From NCBI RefSeq assembly GCF_009914755.1, contig NC_060932.1: DNA of 64,000 nt. One strand, given 5' to 3'. Both the position numbers and the translations under genes were made by a program. Shown one piece after another: positions 12,919-27,995 of the stretch. The notes below the pieces were generated by a model that was not told where the DNA came from, did no database searches, and was given only the letters and a program-made list of their open reading frames with translations. Each line of letters starts with the position of its first letter. Position 1 is the stretch's first letter. The DNA comes from the human T2T-CHM13v2.0 reference genome, Homo sapiens.

Positions 12919-14392
12919 CAGTCACTTGTCTTTTAAGGGCAGGATGCAGTGTGAGAAATGCATTGTTAGGCAATTTGGTGGTTGTGCGAACATCACAGAG
13001 GGCCCTTACACCCACCCAGATGGTGTAGCCTGATACACAGCGGGGCTTCATGGTACAGCCTAGTCCTCCCAGGCTATGAACCCATACGGCATGTTACTGT
13101 ACTGAGTACTGTAGGCAATTGAACACAATGGTAAGTGTTCGTATATCTAAGTATACCTAAACATAGAAAAGGAGCAGAAAAGATATGGTATGAAAGACGG
13201 AAGATGTCTCATTCATATAGGGTACCCCCTTATGAATGGAGCTGGCAGGGTGGAAGTTGCTCTGTGTGAGTCAGTAAGTGGTGAGTGAATGTGAGGGCCT
13301 AGGACATGACTGTACACTCCTGTAGACCTTAGAAACACTGTATCCTTGGGCCACTATAAATTTATTAATGTTTTTCTTTCTTCAATAATAAATTAACCTT
13401 AACTTACTGTAACAATTTTACTTCGTTACAATTTTTTTTTTTTTTTGAGACAGAGTCTCACTGGGTCCCCAGGCTGGGGTACAGTGGCGTGATCTCCACT
13501 CACCGCAACCTCCACTTCCTGGGTTCAAGTGATTCTCCTGTCTCAGCCTCCCAAGAAGCTGGGACTACAGGCACCTGCCACCACGCCCGGCAAATTTTTT
13601 TGTATTTTTGTAGAGACAGGGTTTCACCATGTTGGCCAGGATGGTCTCGATCTCTTAATCTCATGATCTGCCCACCTCAGCCTCCCAAAGTGCTGGCATT
13701 ACAAGCGTGAGCCGCCGTGCCTGGCCTACCGTGTTACAGTTTTTAACTTGTGAGTTTTTTGCAATAATACTCAGTTTAAGACACAAACACATAGTACAGC
13801 TGTACAAAAGTGTTTTTTCTTAATATTTTTATTTCACAAGCTTTTTTCTATTGTTCTTTTTACTTTCTAAACCTTTTGTTATAAACTAAAACATGAACAA
13901 GCGCACTAGCCTAGGCCTGCACGACGTCAGGATCATTAATATCACTGTTTTCCACCTCCACAGCTTGTCCCACTGGGAAGTCTTCAGGGGCAAGGACACA
14001 CATAAATGAAGCTGTCATGTCCAATGATCACAATTCCTTCTTCTGGATACCACCTGAAGGACCTGCCTGGGGCTGTTTACAGTTAACTTTTGTGTTTTTT
14101 ATAAGCAGACGGAGTATACTCTAAAATAACAGTAGAAAGTATACCATTGTAAATGCATGAACTACTAAGACAGTCATTGATTCTCATTATCAAGTATGTG
14201 CTAGCCTTTTCTGTGACTGGCAGCACAGTACATCTGTCTTACATCAAGACTGCCGCAAACATGTGAGGACTGCTCTGTGCTGGGAGGGAGCAGAGCTAGG
14301 AGATCACCAGGCAATGGAAATCTTTCAGCTCCATTAAAATCTTAAGGGAAAACCATCATATATGCAGTCCATTGTTAGGCAGTGTATGACTG
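12919..14392 (-). mobile_element. Tigger3b/MER7-family (Golem) DNA transposon, apparently complete, interrupted by an Alu
   Basis: Termini CAGTCAC... and ...ATGACTG; internal GAGAAATGCATTGTTAGGCAATTT and ACTGTACTGAGTACTGTAGGCAATTG; homologous to the copy at 41537. Confidence 0.85.
13432..13726 (-). mobile_element. AluS inside Tigger3
   Basis: Reverse-complement Alu dimer; TSD approximately GTTACA(A/G)TTT. Confidence 0.95.
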
Positions 14393-14603
14393 GATATTCT
14401 ATTTACAAAAAGAACAAAAAATTTTACGGAGAACTATTCCATATCAGTCGGTTTTGCCTATTAAAGCCCCTCCTCTGTATCTCCATTAACTGGCAATACT
14501 CCTTTGTGGAAAGACTCAAATGAGAAGAATCAGCATGGCTGGTGTTGGTGTGGCAGAAAGGAGATGATACTTGAGGAAGAACATGACTAAGAAGTAAAGG
14601 AAG

Positions 14604-14908
14604 TAGCCAGGCACAGTGGTTCATGCCTGTAATCCCAGCACTTTGGGAGGCCAAGGCAGGCGGATCACTTGAGGTCAGGAGTTCAAGACCAGCCTGGCAA
14701 ACATGGGAAAACCCTGTCTCTACTAAAAATACAAAATAATTAGCCAGCCGTGGTGGTATGTGCCTGTAATGCCATCTACTCAGGAGGCTGAGGCCGGAGA
14801 ATTGTTTGAACCTGGGAGGTGGAGAGGTTGCAGTGAGCCAAGATTGTGCCACTGCCCTCCAGCCTGGGCAACAGAGCAAGAAGCCATCTCAAAAAAAAAA
14901 AAAAAAAA
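14604..14908 (+). mobile_element. AluSx-like
   Basis: Full dimer; TSD AAGTAAAGGAAG. Confidence 0.95.
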
Positions 14909-15197
14909 GTAAAGGAAGAAAGACAGGACACTGAAGGTGGGCAGGTGCCACCTGCAGAGGAGGTAGTGTCAGGACAGATATTGCAGCTCATGCAGAATCA
15001 GGGCTGTGGCCACATGGAGCTCTTTATGGATAGACGTGAAGGGGGCCACATTGTGGAAGAAAAGAGAAAAGGGACATGGAAGCAGTTGAGAAGCTCAAGT
15101 TTCAGAGAATTCAGGGAGCTCCCTAAGTTCAGTTTCAGCATCTTTGAAATGTTCTTAAAAGGATAGAAGAATTTGAAATTATATATTAAAAAAATAT

Positions 15198-15497
<300 letters not shown>

Positions 15498-16525
15498 TCA
15501 TAACGTCCAGCAGTGTGCATCACGGCCAATGCTAGTCTATGTGGATCCGTGGTGCCAATTACAACATGACACACCCCTTGCAGTGATCAATTAAACCAAG
15601 ACTGTCCTTCTGCTCAGCATATGCAATGCATGCTAAGCTGCAGGGCTTGGAATGCTGAGCTCAAGGGCAAATTTCAACCATACCTTGACTCCTCATTGGC
15701 TACTTTGTGAAGTCCGCACACTACACACCCCTTTCCAGCGGTCCTGCATAGTGAGTGTAAAAACTTCTATTATAATTATCTGTGTTACAAACTACCAAGG
15801 TCAATAGAAGCTTTGATATCAGTAGGATCCAGCTCTGACTCTGACTAGATATAGCACTTTGTTAGGTTAGCGTTCTGAATTTCAACGCTTCTACTTATAA
15901 ACATGAGGATAATTACATCTGCCTGGACATAGGCTACATATCCTGTTAGCACAGAAAGACAGATGAACAATAGATGCCAGTACCCACCCATAAATTCTCA
16001 ATACCAATCTGAGCTCCCTCCCTCAGATATTGGTATTTGAATACTTCCATCAATCTTACTGATAAATATTCAATTGTGATGAATACACTTTGTCTTTTAG
16101 ACAGTGGTCTATGTTGAAAAATACTGTCAGCAAACTGTCCCCAAACTGACTTGAATTCAAATAAGCAAGCTTTGTATTTTATGCTTTATTTTCTTCGGGT
16201 ATTTTATACATAATGATAGAATTAATATTTAGATTGTCTACGGAAAAGGGATTTCTCAAGAACCCAGAATAATACTATAAATGAAACCAGATGAGGAATA
16301 TTTTACCAGCCTAAAAAAGTGAACTCTTTTTAACAAAACAGCCCCAAGTTACATATTTACAAGGGCTACACTGCAAATGAGCTCATCTACGCATCATGGT
16401 CTTGTTGGTTGTTAGTTTGGATTACATGTTAGTCATTAGTTTTGATTATAAGAATTTAAAAAAAAAAACCGAATTACCTTTCATTAAAGAGAGTCTCAAA
16501 AGAAAAGACTGTTAAAAAGTATCTT

Positions 16526-16527
<2 letters not shown>

Positions 16528-16557
<30 letters not shown>

Positions 16558-16790
16558 GAGACAGAGTCTTGCTCTGTCCCCCAGGCTGAAGTGATGTGGT
16601 GCGATCTCGGCTCCTGGGTTCGAACGATTCTCCTGCCTCAGCCTCCCAAGTAGCTGGGACTACAGACGCACACCAACATGCCCAGCTAATTTTTGTATTT
16701 TTAGTAGAGACAGGATTTCAACTTGTTGGCCAGGCTGGTCTCAAAATCCTGACCTCGAGATTCACCCACCTTAGCCTACAGCACCCAGCC
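16528..16790 (-). mobile_element. AluS with internal deletions
   Basis: Long T tract plus reverse-complement Alu; flanked by CTTCCCT on both sides. Confidence 0.9.
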
Positions 16791-16978
16791 TTCCCTCCTT
16801 TTAAAACATCAACATTTGTAATGAACTGATTATATGAGAGGCCCACCATGTGTCATTTCATCTAAGTGTCATAAGGCATCCTTACTTGGCTGTAGTCCAG
16901 CAGATTCCATATGAATACAATGGGTTTTACTATCCCATGGAACATAAATAGTAGATATAATCAATAAATCGATATGTG

Positions 16979-17270
16979 GGCTGGGCACGGTATCAGTAAT
17001 TCCAGCAATTTTGAATGTCAAGGAGGGAGGACTGCTTGAGGCCAGGAGTTAGAAACCAGCCTAGGCAACACAGCGAGACCTTGTCTTTACAAAAATCTTT
17101 TAACAAATTAATTGAGTCAGTGGCTCATGCTTATACTCCCAACTACACAGGAGATCGAAGTGGGACGATCATTTGAGCCCTGGAGTTCGAGATTACAGTG
17201 AGCTATGATCGTACTACTGTACTCCAGGCTGAGTGACAAGTAACAGATTGTCTCTATAAAAATAAATAGG
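16979..17270 (+). mobile_element. AluJ
   Basis: Diverged dimer with GAGGACTGCTTGAGGCCAGGAGTT and AGTGAGCTATGATCG (AluJ diagnostics). Confidence 0.88.
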
Positions 17271-17504
17271 TCATATAAGTATATAATATAGGTCATGTAC
17301 ACATATAAATATAGGTCATGTACATCAGATGCCCATGATCACTACACAATCCTAAGCTACCAGTATAGATGACATTCACTTCAATTCAACTCAATTTTTG
17401 TTGTAACATAGCAAATATCTTACTATAATGTTTCTTTCTTCATATGTTCTTTCTCTTAACTCCAATTATAATTTTTATGCTCAGTAGAATTGCATACTTA
17501 ATGC

Positions 17505-18850
17505 ATCTGTTTTTAAGGTGTGCCCCACAGATCCCTGGAAAGGTGGAATTTTAGAAGGTCTGTGAGGTCAAAATCATTTTACAATACTCTAAGGTGTTAT
17601 GTGCCTTCTTCACTGAGTTGCCTTTTCCATTGACAGTGCAGAAACAATGATGGGAAAAACTGATGGCGATTTCGCACCAGTCAAGCAACAGCACCAGGCA
17701 GTAGGAGAGAAAAGGTGCAGTGTCACTTAAACCAAACACCGCATGTTCTCACTCATAGGTGGGAACTGAACAATGAGAACACATGGACACAGGAAGGGGA
17801 ACATCACACTCTGCGAACTGTTGTGGGGTGGGGGGAGGGGGGAGGGATAGCATCGGGAGATATACCTAATGCTAAATGACGAGTTAATGGCTGCAGCACA
17901 CCAGCATGGCACATGTATACATACGTAACTAACCTGCACATTGTGCACATGTACCCTAAAAACTTAAAGTATAATAATAATAAAGTTAAATTAAAAAAAA
18001 AAGAAAGTCCTTAAGGGAGCAGGGAAAATGATTGTTTTAATAAATCATAACACTTGAATACGTAATGTGTCTCTAGGGCTTGGTGAAGCCTGAGGGAGCT
18101 CTGGAGGAACAAACATCTATGTAATTGTTTGAGTTTTGAGTTGAGCTGGCTGCTTGCTTTTCTACTGAACTCCTCTTAATTTAAAGAACGATAGACCAAC
18201 TATCACTGCTAAGATTGGAGTATCTCTCACTTATTTATAAAAACTGAATGAGTCTTTTACTTCAAGGAAAATGACAAAATTTGAGCCCATGACAAAGTTA
18301 AAGTTTTCTAATTTTCATTAGTAATAAAATTGTAATTTTCATTTGTAATTTTCTAACGAAAATTAGAAAATTTTCGAAAGCTGGTATCTATCATCATGAG
18401 TTTGACAGTTTTTCAATGCTTTCAGATCCTCCTAATGAAATACATGGTAATATCAACAAATGTATTTTTGTAAATAATGTATAGGACAACGTATAAATAT
18501 TTGAAAGAACTCATAACTCGATGAATCATTATTTTCAAATGACCAATGTATGAGGTACAAAATCATGCATATACAAAAAATTAATTTAGGACAGAAGTTC
18601 AGCCAATAAATTTTGATGTAAGAAAATAAAAAATGTTTATTTTCAAAACCCCATATCCAAATTGCATCTAAAATTTAAGATGACATCATTTGCCAATTTT
18701 TGTTATAGTATCAAATAATATACTCAGTTATTTGAAAAGATTTTTAAAATACTAATTTCCTTTTCAGCTATATGTACAACTGGATTTTTAAAAATATTTA
18801 ATTAAAACAATGTTGTGCAACAGATTGAATATAGAAACATATATAACAAT
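17505..18850 (+). mobile_element. Charlie1a/1b (hAT) fragment, interrupted by L1PA
   Basis: GGTCTGTGAGGTCAAAATCATTTT...GCAGAAACAATGATGGGAAAAACTGATGGC; continues after 18004. Confidence 0.7.
17729..18003 (+). mobile_element. Young L1PA 3' end
   Basis: AAACCAAACACCGCATGTTCTCACTCATAGGTGGGAA...G-rich tract...CTAAAACTTAAAGTATAATAATAA plus A tail. Confidence 0.95.
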
Positions 18851-20440
18851 CCATATATTATAGACTAACAATAATTCAAAGAAAGCTAAAATGGCTATGC
18901 AAATGTAAGACAAATTTGGTTTCAGAGTAAAAAATGTTACTCAGGGTAAAGAAAGTCATTTCATAACAAAAGGTATTGAAGAAACAAAAATACACAGCAA
19001 TTTTAAATGTTTGCGTACCTAATTACAGAGCTTCAAAATACAAGAAGCAAAAACTGATAAAGCTGCAATGAGAAATAGACAGATTCACAATTTTAGTAGA
19101 TGATTTAGATAAATCTCTCTCAATCACAGATCTGACAAGTGTTAAGAAAATTAGTAGGGATCACAAAGCCTTGAACAACACTGTCAACCAACTTGATCTA
19201 ACTGACATTTATGGAACACTTCACCCAACAACACTAAAATATGTGTTATTTTCAAGTGGTCATGGAACATTTACCAAGATAGAGCATATTCTTGCCCATA
19301 AAGCAATTATCAAAACATTTTTTAAAGTTCAGATCCTTTAAAGCATAATCTCTAACCATGCAGATTCTTAGAAAATGTTCAGTATATGGCAACAAAATAG
19401 AAAACTTTCAAATAAATCATGGAACAAAAAAGTAATCACAAGGGAAAATAGAATGTAATTCAAGCTGCAGGAAAATGAAAACACAGCATATCAAAATTGA
19501 AGAGATGCAGCCAAAGCATTACTTAGAGGAAAATTGATAGCAGTAAATACCCACATTTAGAAAGAATAAAGGTCTTAAATCACTGATCTCAGCTTCAACT
19601 TTAAGAGACTAGAAAAAGAAGAACAAATGGAGCCCATAGTAAACAGAGGAAATAAATTAATAAGAGGTCAGAGCAGAAATCAATGAAATTGAAGAGAAAC
19701 TAAACAATACAGAAATGTATGTAAAAGTAAATTGTATTTTTTTGAGAAGTTCAATAATATTGACATGTTAATAGGCAGATGGAACAAGTAAAATTTTTTT
19801 AAAAATATGAATATCAAGAATTTGAGCTGTGAAATTACTACTCATTTAAAGGATAATAAAGAAAGATAAGAATAATTTTAAGCCAACAAATTTGACAACT
19901 TAGATTAAAATTTATAATTTCTTGAAAGATACACACTATCAAAGCTCACTGAAGTAGAAGTAGATCATCTACATAAGCCTGTAAGTAGAAAAGAAATTCA
20001 ATCCGTAATTAAAAACCTACTTGTAAGAAAATTCCAATTCCAGGTAGCTTCCCTGGTGAATTATTCCAAACATTTAGCAATGAAATATTAACAATTATAC
20101 ACAAACTCTTCTATGGTATTCCAGAGAAGAGAACATTTTTCAATTAATTTTGAGACCATTTTTACTCTGACAGGAACAACAAAGTCTTTATAAGAAAAGT
20201 CTACAGCCTATCATAACTCATAAAAATACCTGTAAAAAAACTAAACAACATTTTAACAAGTCAAATTCAACAATCCATAAAAAGAAAAAAACATCATTAC
20301 AAATTAATATTATTTCAGAATATGAGTTTTTAACTTAGGGAAATTAGTTAAGCCCTCATATTCACAAAATATACAAACAAAAAATGGTCATGTCAATAGA
20401 TGTAGAAACTTTTGAAAAAATTCCAAATTCATGTCAGATT

Positions 20441-20485
<45 letters not shown>

Positions 20486-20800
20486 CTCAAAAAATTACAA
20501 ACAGAAGGATACTTCCTCAAACTGATAAAGGGCATCTATGAAAAACCAACAAGCAATGTCATAACTATAATGAAAGCCAGAACACTTTCCACCTAAGCTC
20601 AGGAATAAAGGCAGAGATGTCTCACCATTTCTACTCAATCTTGTAAAATAGTTTCTTACCAATACATTTAAAGAAGAAAAAGAAATAAAAAAAATCCGAT
20701 TGGAAAGCAAAAATTAAAAATCCTTTTATTTGTAGATAACAAAATCACCTAGGGAGAAAGTTCTAGGAAATCTATCAAAAAAGCTACTATATAACTAGCT
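18851..20800 (+). mobile_element. Old L1M ORF2 remnant (endonuclease to RT region), fully decayed
   Basis: ACAGAGCTTCAAAATACAAGAAGCAAAAACTGATA, AACAAATTTGACAACTTAGAT, CTGATAAAGGGCATCTATGAAAAACC. Confidence 0.85.
20444..20483. repeat. (CA)n microsatellite
   Basis: Direct reading. Confidence 0.96.
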
Positions 20801-21849
20801 TGTCTCTGTTATGTATATATTCGTATACACATACACACACCATAGATGATACAAATAACATTTTACATGTGTATTTAAGAGAAAATTTAATCTTTCAAAT
20901 CATCTTCCCAGGTGTTATGGCATTTGATTTCTATTGCTACAAACATAGAGACATATAAACAACATAGTGATTTCCCAAAAAACTAGGAAAGTGACAGATT
21001 GAAATTCTCTTCTGAGATAAGATTCTACAGAAACCTTATCTATATTCTTTCCCTGACGGGCTATACGTCTGCACAACCTAGATTCTCCCTACACCGCCCC
21101 CCGAGCCAGATCAACACAGCCCTCAGACTTAATGTTCATCCTGAATTTAAACCTCTTCTTCAGAAATAAGTCTGATCTGAGAATGAAATGGAGTAAAGAT
21201 TGGCTTACTCACCTAGGATATGATTAAAACTTCCATGATTGCCCATGTGCTAAGAAGACATTGGCCTGAATATTCACAACTTCCCTGTTAACTTTTAAAG
21301 CTTAAGCATTTCCTCTGTCATTTTTTTAAAACATGAAGTGCAATTTGAAGAATTTGATATTCTCAGATATGAGTTAATTTGTTTTGTTTTTAGAATACAG
21401 CTCTGCAAAATTCACCAAAGAAGTTTCTAGGTTTCTGGGATGACAGGATACAAGATGGGCAGTTCCTCTGATACACAAAGTATATATCACACATAGATGA
21501 GTTTCTTTGTGCCACGCACAGTTTTAGTCACTGAGGATGCAAAGATAAGACACTCTCCATTCTGGAGACGCTTAAGACAGGTGAGAAAACAGATGTGTGA
21601 GCACATCGTGATGATGCACTGTTGTCAACTCTGACAAAGGGGCACAGAAGGAAAGGGAAGGGAAGCAGGAAGAAGATTTTTCCTCGACAAGAGGGACATG
21701 AAAGACATGACTGTTGACACAAGGAAGGAATACATAGAATGGGGAGCCCTTGGAAGAATGGGCAATTTTATTTCGTTGCTTTGTTTTCAAAAGAGATAAA
21801 ATTCCTGAATGACTTCAAATGACTGCTGTTTTCTAATATGATACTGGAA

Positions 21850-22222
21850 ACCAGCATCCTTCTGTTAGCTGCCAGCTGGTGCATCCACACACCACACTCA
21901 CTGCATTGCTAATAACTGTTCACAACCAACTCTTCCTCTGGAGAACTTCCTTGAGCCAAAGGAAGGAAGCCATTTATTGACAGACAGCAAAGTGGGTACA
22001 AAAGGTGAGGCCTGCTTGTCAGTACAGTTTGTGCCCCAGAACTCGCCATGGAAACAGACTGAAGTGAGTCTCCAGTAAAAACATCCTTCTGCTTAGCTCT
22101 TTACTCCAATTCTATTCCACTTCCTCTACTCCCCTCCTCCAGAGACCACTTTTCCAATAAATCACTTCAATAAGAAATTTCATCTCAAGCTCTGCCTCAA
22201 ATGGATTTCAGCGAAAACACAA
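21850..22222 (+). mobile_element. LTR16-family solo LTR, diverged
   Basis: 3' end CCAATAAATCACTTCAATAAGAAATTTCATCTCAAGCTCTGCCTC. Confidence 0.55.
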
Positions 22223-22890
22223 ACTTCTTAATATATTAGTCAAGATGTGTAATAGTTAACCTATATCCATTCCGACACTATTTCTTCACATCTATACTTT
22301 GTATGCTTTTCATGTAAAACAATATACCATTTTACCAACTTCAATATAGACACACTACAGTTTTCTTATTTTTCTATTGCTTTTAAAACGACCGTTGTTA
22401 CTCCAATTTAACTAAAAAACATTCCTTCTTTCCTCTCTAATAGTAGCAGTACTTTTCTTCCATTTGTAGCCCACTTCAGCAGCCTTAGCTCTGTGAACCT
22501 TTTTTTGGATTTTTTTCAAAAATGGTGACATTGTAAGAAGGAAAAACACATATCTTGTTTCTCTTTACTATTTTATTTTACAGCTGCTTCTAATAATTGC
22601 ATCCATCTTGTAAGATGGAAAATGTTACATTTCTTGAACTCACTGAAATAAGTGCAAAAATCTAAAGTAATAGGACTATTATAATCACTACTGTATTCAT
22701 AATGTAGCAACAGAAAATCAGTATCTAGTTCACCATAATCCTAGTAAAATGATATGCATTTTCTGAATAAACTTTACTGACTGATACTAACATGCATCAT
22801 TCCTAAAGTTTTTTAATGAAATAACTATGAGGAGATAATTAAATATTTTACCTTCTATCTTTAAACATTAAAAGAATTGGAATATGACAT

Positions 22891-23265
22891 TTACATGGTT
22901 TGGCTCTGTCCCCACGCAAATCTCATCTGGAACTGTAGCATCCATAATCTCCACATGTCATGGGAGGGACCGGTGAGAGGCAATTGAATCATGGGGTCAG
23001 TTACCCTCATGCTGTTCTCATGTTAGTGAGTGAGTTCTCATGAGATCTGATGGTTTTTTAAGAGGATTTTCCTCCACTTCGCTCATTCTTCTCCTTCCTG
23101 TCACCATATGAAGAAGGATGTGTTTGCTTCCCCTTCTGCCATGATTGTAAGTTTCCTGAGACCTCCTCAACCATGCTGAACTATGAGTCAATTAAACGTC
23201 TTTCCTTTATAAATTACCCACTCTCTGGTATGCCTTTATTAGCAGTGTGAGAAGGGACTAATACA
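22891..23265 (+). mobile_element. THE1 (MaLR) solo LTR
   Basis: ATGGTTTGGCTCTGTCCCCACGCAAATCTCATC...AGCAGTGTGAGAAGGGACTAATACA. Confidence 0.92.
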
Positions 23266-23455
23266 GAACTTTTAACAGATTATAAACAAAAAACAAAATC
23301 TCTGAAGACAAATTGTGATTACACACATTTAGAGTTAATGATTAAGAAGTTTTATCTTTACCTCAAAAGAACAAAAGAGTTAAATTTAACTGCAAGCTGA
23401 AATAATATATGTCTTAAAAATAACATGCTTTTTTCCACCACTATTGTATCTCTTA

Positions 23456-23581
<126 letters not shown>

Positions 23582-24239
23582 TTATTGAGGAAATACCCAG
23601 ATAAAAAATTTATTCTAGGCATTTTCAGTTCTTTAATGATAATGACTTAAAATGTGATCTCCAAAGGAATTAAGACACCTTAAATACATTCAAATAAGTG
23701 TTTATATTCTGATTGGTGAAAATCAAACATGTGTTTTCCAGTGAAAGGATGATAATCTTTGGTTTTATTTCTCTCATTTTTAAGATGTCAAAATTTAATA
23801 AAAAATCTCATTTGGTCCTTATGATTACTTTTATGCCAGGTCACAATTAACAGCATGATGAGAAAAACAGCATTATGAGAAAAACGCATACACTTAGAGA
23901 GAAGAAAGTCTTCACTTATTCCCATAGATGACAACAGAGATGATATTTACTAACTTCTATACAAAAGATACTTTAAATAACATTATGTATATTTTAAACA
24001 TTGAAGTGCTTATCATTGAACTAAAACCCATAATGGTTTCTTTGTTCAAATGCACTGATTTATTTCTCGAATTTCATGGAAAAACTTTTCTCCTGTTGGG
24101 ACTTGCACCATCACAGAATAATTTCTAAAGAACTCATTTGTTTATTGGATAGAGTAGCTCTCACTTCAACATTCATTTCATCCTGTATAATTTGTCTAAT
24201 CAAACTAACACATTTCTTTTTTTTTCTCCCAGGAATTTG

Positions 24240-24610
24240 CTTAGCAGAGGGCTTGGGACCCAATTCAGTATAATGAGATGTGAGGGGAAGTCCACAGGAG
24301 TACTTCTGGGAAACATTACAGGATGCTAATAAAGTGCATATCTATTTTACTCTGAAAATTTCTGTGTCCAGGTTTCAAATGTAGAACTATTGCTGCCATT
24401 TTCCTATAATCCAAGGATGGAGACAACAGCATGTATGCAACAGAAAAGATGTGTCAAGAACCTGGACCTGCTACCTTATTGTTAAGGCAGAAAATCAACC
24501 AATTTAGGAGCAATGTCGCAATTCTGAACATTCTGTTGTATTTATTATAGCTGATTTACTATAGCGTAAATCCAATGAATAGCTGATTCTATTATTTGTA
24601 GCTGAAAGGT
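24240..24610 (+). mobile_element. Old MLT1 LTR fragment
   Basis: GACCCAATTC...AATGAGATGTGAGGGGAAGTC...CTTCTGGGAAA and a TTATTTGTAGCTGAAA terminus. Confidence 0.5.
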
Positions 24611-24754
24611 ATACATATAAATATACATTTTCTCACAAATATTTTAAATAATTCCGTGAGAAGAAAATAATATGTCTGGGTATATGTGGAACTCGTGAAG
24701 CATTTGATTAAAATTACCATAAAAACAACAGTAATCATATCAAGTTTAGCTTAG

Positions 24755-25051
<297 letters not shown>

Positions 25052-26540
25052 AAAATTTATCTTTTACTACTAAATGAGAATAAATTTGGGTAACATAATC
25101 CTTCATTAAATACAAATTCTATTGAATATATTATGTGGTTTCATTCTTAGTAAGTACTTCACTATTCCAAACGGGTTAAGATATTTTTTAGGTATTTTTA
25201 TTTCTTTTTTAAAATAAGTTTTTTTTAATAACATCTAAACATTATTTTGCTGCATGATGTGACAATTATATTGAATTCCAAAATTTTATTTTCTAAATGT
25301 TTAATTTTCTCAATATTATATCAAAATAATCCAGCAAGTTTGGTGATAGCATCAGTAGATAGTGAGACAGAAAGCTCCAGACCTGTATTTCCCTATGGAA
25401 ACACCAAAGAAATGACTACCAGAAGATTAAAATAATTTTACAGGAGCGCTAAATGACAGTAAAAAAATCTGTAACAACCAAGCAAATGCCCAATGAAGAA
25501 AAAGATGTTCAAAATAGGACTATATTTCATGATGTCTTACTCTCCCTTGTTGCATACCATGACTTGCGTGGCACAGTGCAGTTGAGAGGAAGCGGCCCAG
25601 TGACCAGTTTCCTCTCTAGGTATGAAGAAGCAGAGAGAAAGTGGCTGGCAGCACGATGGTCGCTCTGTGGGCTGCCTGAGAGACTGAGCTCTGTCTTTCC
25701 TGACTTGCAGGTCAGATGAGGAAGGGCGGCATAATTGGGATCTCTGGCTAGCAGCCATGAAAGGCTGTGACAAGCACTGCTGTATAGAAAACTGCAGCAA
25801 GATTGCAAACCCATGGGTACACTGGGGTAAGGGATTCCAGGCAGAGGAATACAATAGAACACATATCTAAGGTCCCAATGAGAAGATGAGGTTAGATTCT
25901 TTGGAATATTAATATGTTTAAAAGCAGCTGGGGAAAAAAATAAAAACAAAAATACAGCAAAATGTACACACAAACCCAGACAGGACATGTACCCCCCAAA
26001 AACGTGAAAACACCTAAAGTCTTCAGTCCAGGTTGATCTCAACGTTCAGAGGCCCACTAATTAGTGAACATTTTCTACCGTGTTCTGCAAACATGGAGCA
26101 CGGTAGTTAATTTTTTTCAAATGCTTATTTTTTTTTAACAAAAACCACAAGGCATACAAAGAAAGAGGGAAACATGGCCATTCAAAGGGTCGAAATAAAT
26201 CTCTAGATACAGTCACTGAAGAAATATATGCATCAGACTTGCTAGACAATGAATTTACAACAACAATTATAGATATGAATTTAAATAAAGGAATATAAAC
26301 TTTCCAAATTTGAGGAAAGACATAGATGTACAAATTCAAGGAGATTAATGAACACCTAGTAGGATAAACATCAAGAGATCCACAGCAAGACACATAATAA
26401 TCAAACTGTTAGGAGCCAAAGAAAAAGAGAGAATCTTAAAAGCAGAAAGAGAAAAGCAAGTCCTCATAAACAAGGGATCCATAATAAGACTATCAACAGG
26501 TTTCTCCATAGACATTTCACAGGTTAGAAAGCAATGGATA

Positions 26541-26925
<385 letters not shown>

Positions 26926-27601
26926 CTACATCTAGGAAAACCATCCTTCAAAAATGAAAGGGAAATTAAGACACTCCCAGATAATCAAAATAGAGTGAGT
27001 TTATTACCAATGTATGTTCCCTACAAGAAAGTCCTTCAAGTTGAAATGAAAGGGCACTACACAGTCACTTGAAGCCTCATGAAAAGAAAAGGGTCCCTAG
27101 TACAGGTAAATACATGAAAATATATATAAAAAAGTATTATACTAAGTTTGACTTAAAACCCCCATGTTCATTTCCTACAGTATTTAAAGATAAATGCATA
27201 AAATAATTATGCATTTACGCTAATAGTTACATTATATATAAAGATGTAATTTACAACAGCAATAGCATAAAGTAAGGGAGCAGACTTGTAAGGATTGAAG
27301 TTTTCGTATATGAATGAAGTAAACTGGTGTCAATTTAAGATACTGCCATCATTGTAGGATGTTATATGTTATCTCCATGGAAACCATAAAGAAAGTATCT
27401 ATAGAATATGTAAAAAAGAAAAGAGAAGACAATCACAACGTGACACTACAAAAATATCAACTAAACATAGAGGATAACAGTAATGGGACAAAGGAGGGAC
27501 AAAAATGCTGAAAGACATATGAAAATTGAATAACAACAAAATGGTAAAAGTCAGAGCTACACTTTAAATAATTATTTTAAATATAAATTGATTTAACGCC
27601 C

Positions 27602-27995
27602 TGTTTTAGGCTGAATTATGTCCCTCCTCCCCGCAAAGGGTTACACCTTGAAGTTCTAAACACCAGTACCTCACAATTGACTGTATTTGGAGATAGAGAC
27701 TTTAAAGAGGTAATTAACTTAAAGTGTCATCCTTAAGGTGAGCCCTAATCCAACATGACTGGTGCCCTTCTAAGAAGGGTAAGTTAGCAGAAGAATACAT
27801 AAAGGAAAGTCCATGTGAAGACACAAGAAGAGAGTCATCCACAAGACAAGGAGAGAGCGCTTAGAAGAAACCAACCCTGCCCAAACCTTGATCTCAGGCT
27901 TCTACCCTCTAGAATTGTGGTAAAGTGAATTTCTGTTGTTTAAGCCACTCGGCGAGTAGCGTAGCACTTTTTTTATGGCAGCCCTCGAAAATGAA
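27602..27995 (+). mobile_element. MLT1A/B solo LTR
   Basis: TGTTTTAGGCTGAATTATGTCCC...GTATTTGGAGATAG...TTCTGTTGTTTAAGCCAC...TATGGCAGCCC. Confidence 0.85.

Noticed and set aside
21207-21290. Strong minus-strand donor-like CTAG|GTGAGT suggesting a cryptic exon
   Set aside because: No good pyrimidine tract or acceptor upstream and no CSMD1-like peptide; such sites are common in long introns
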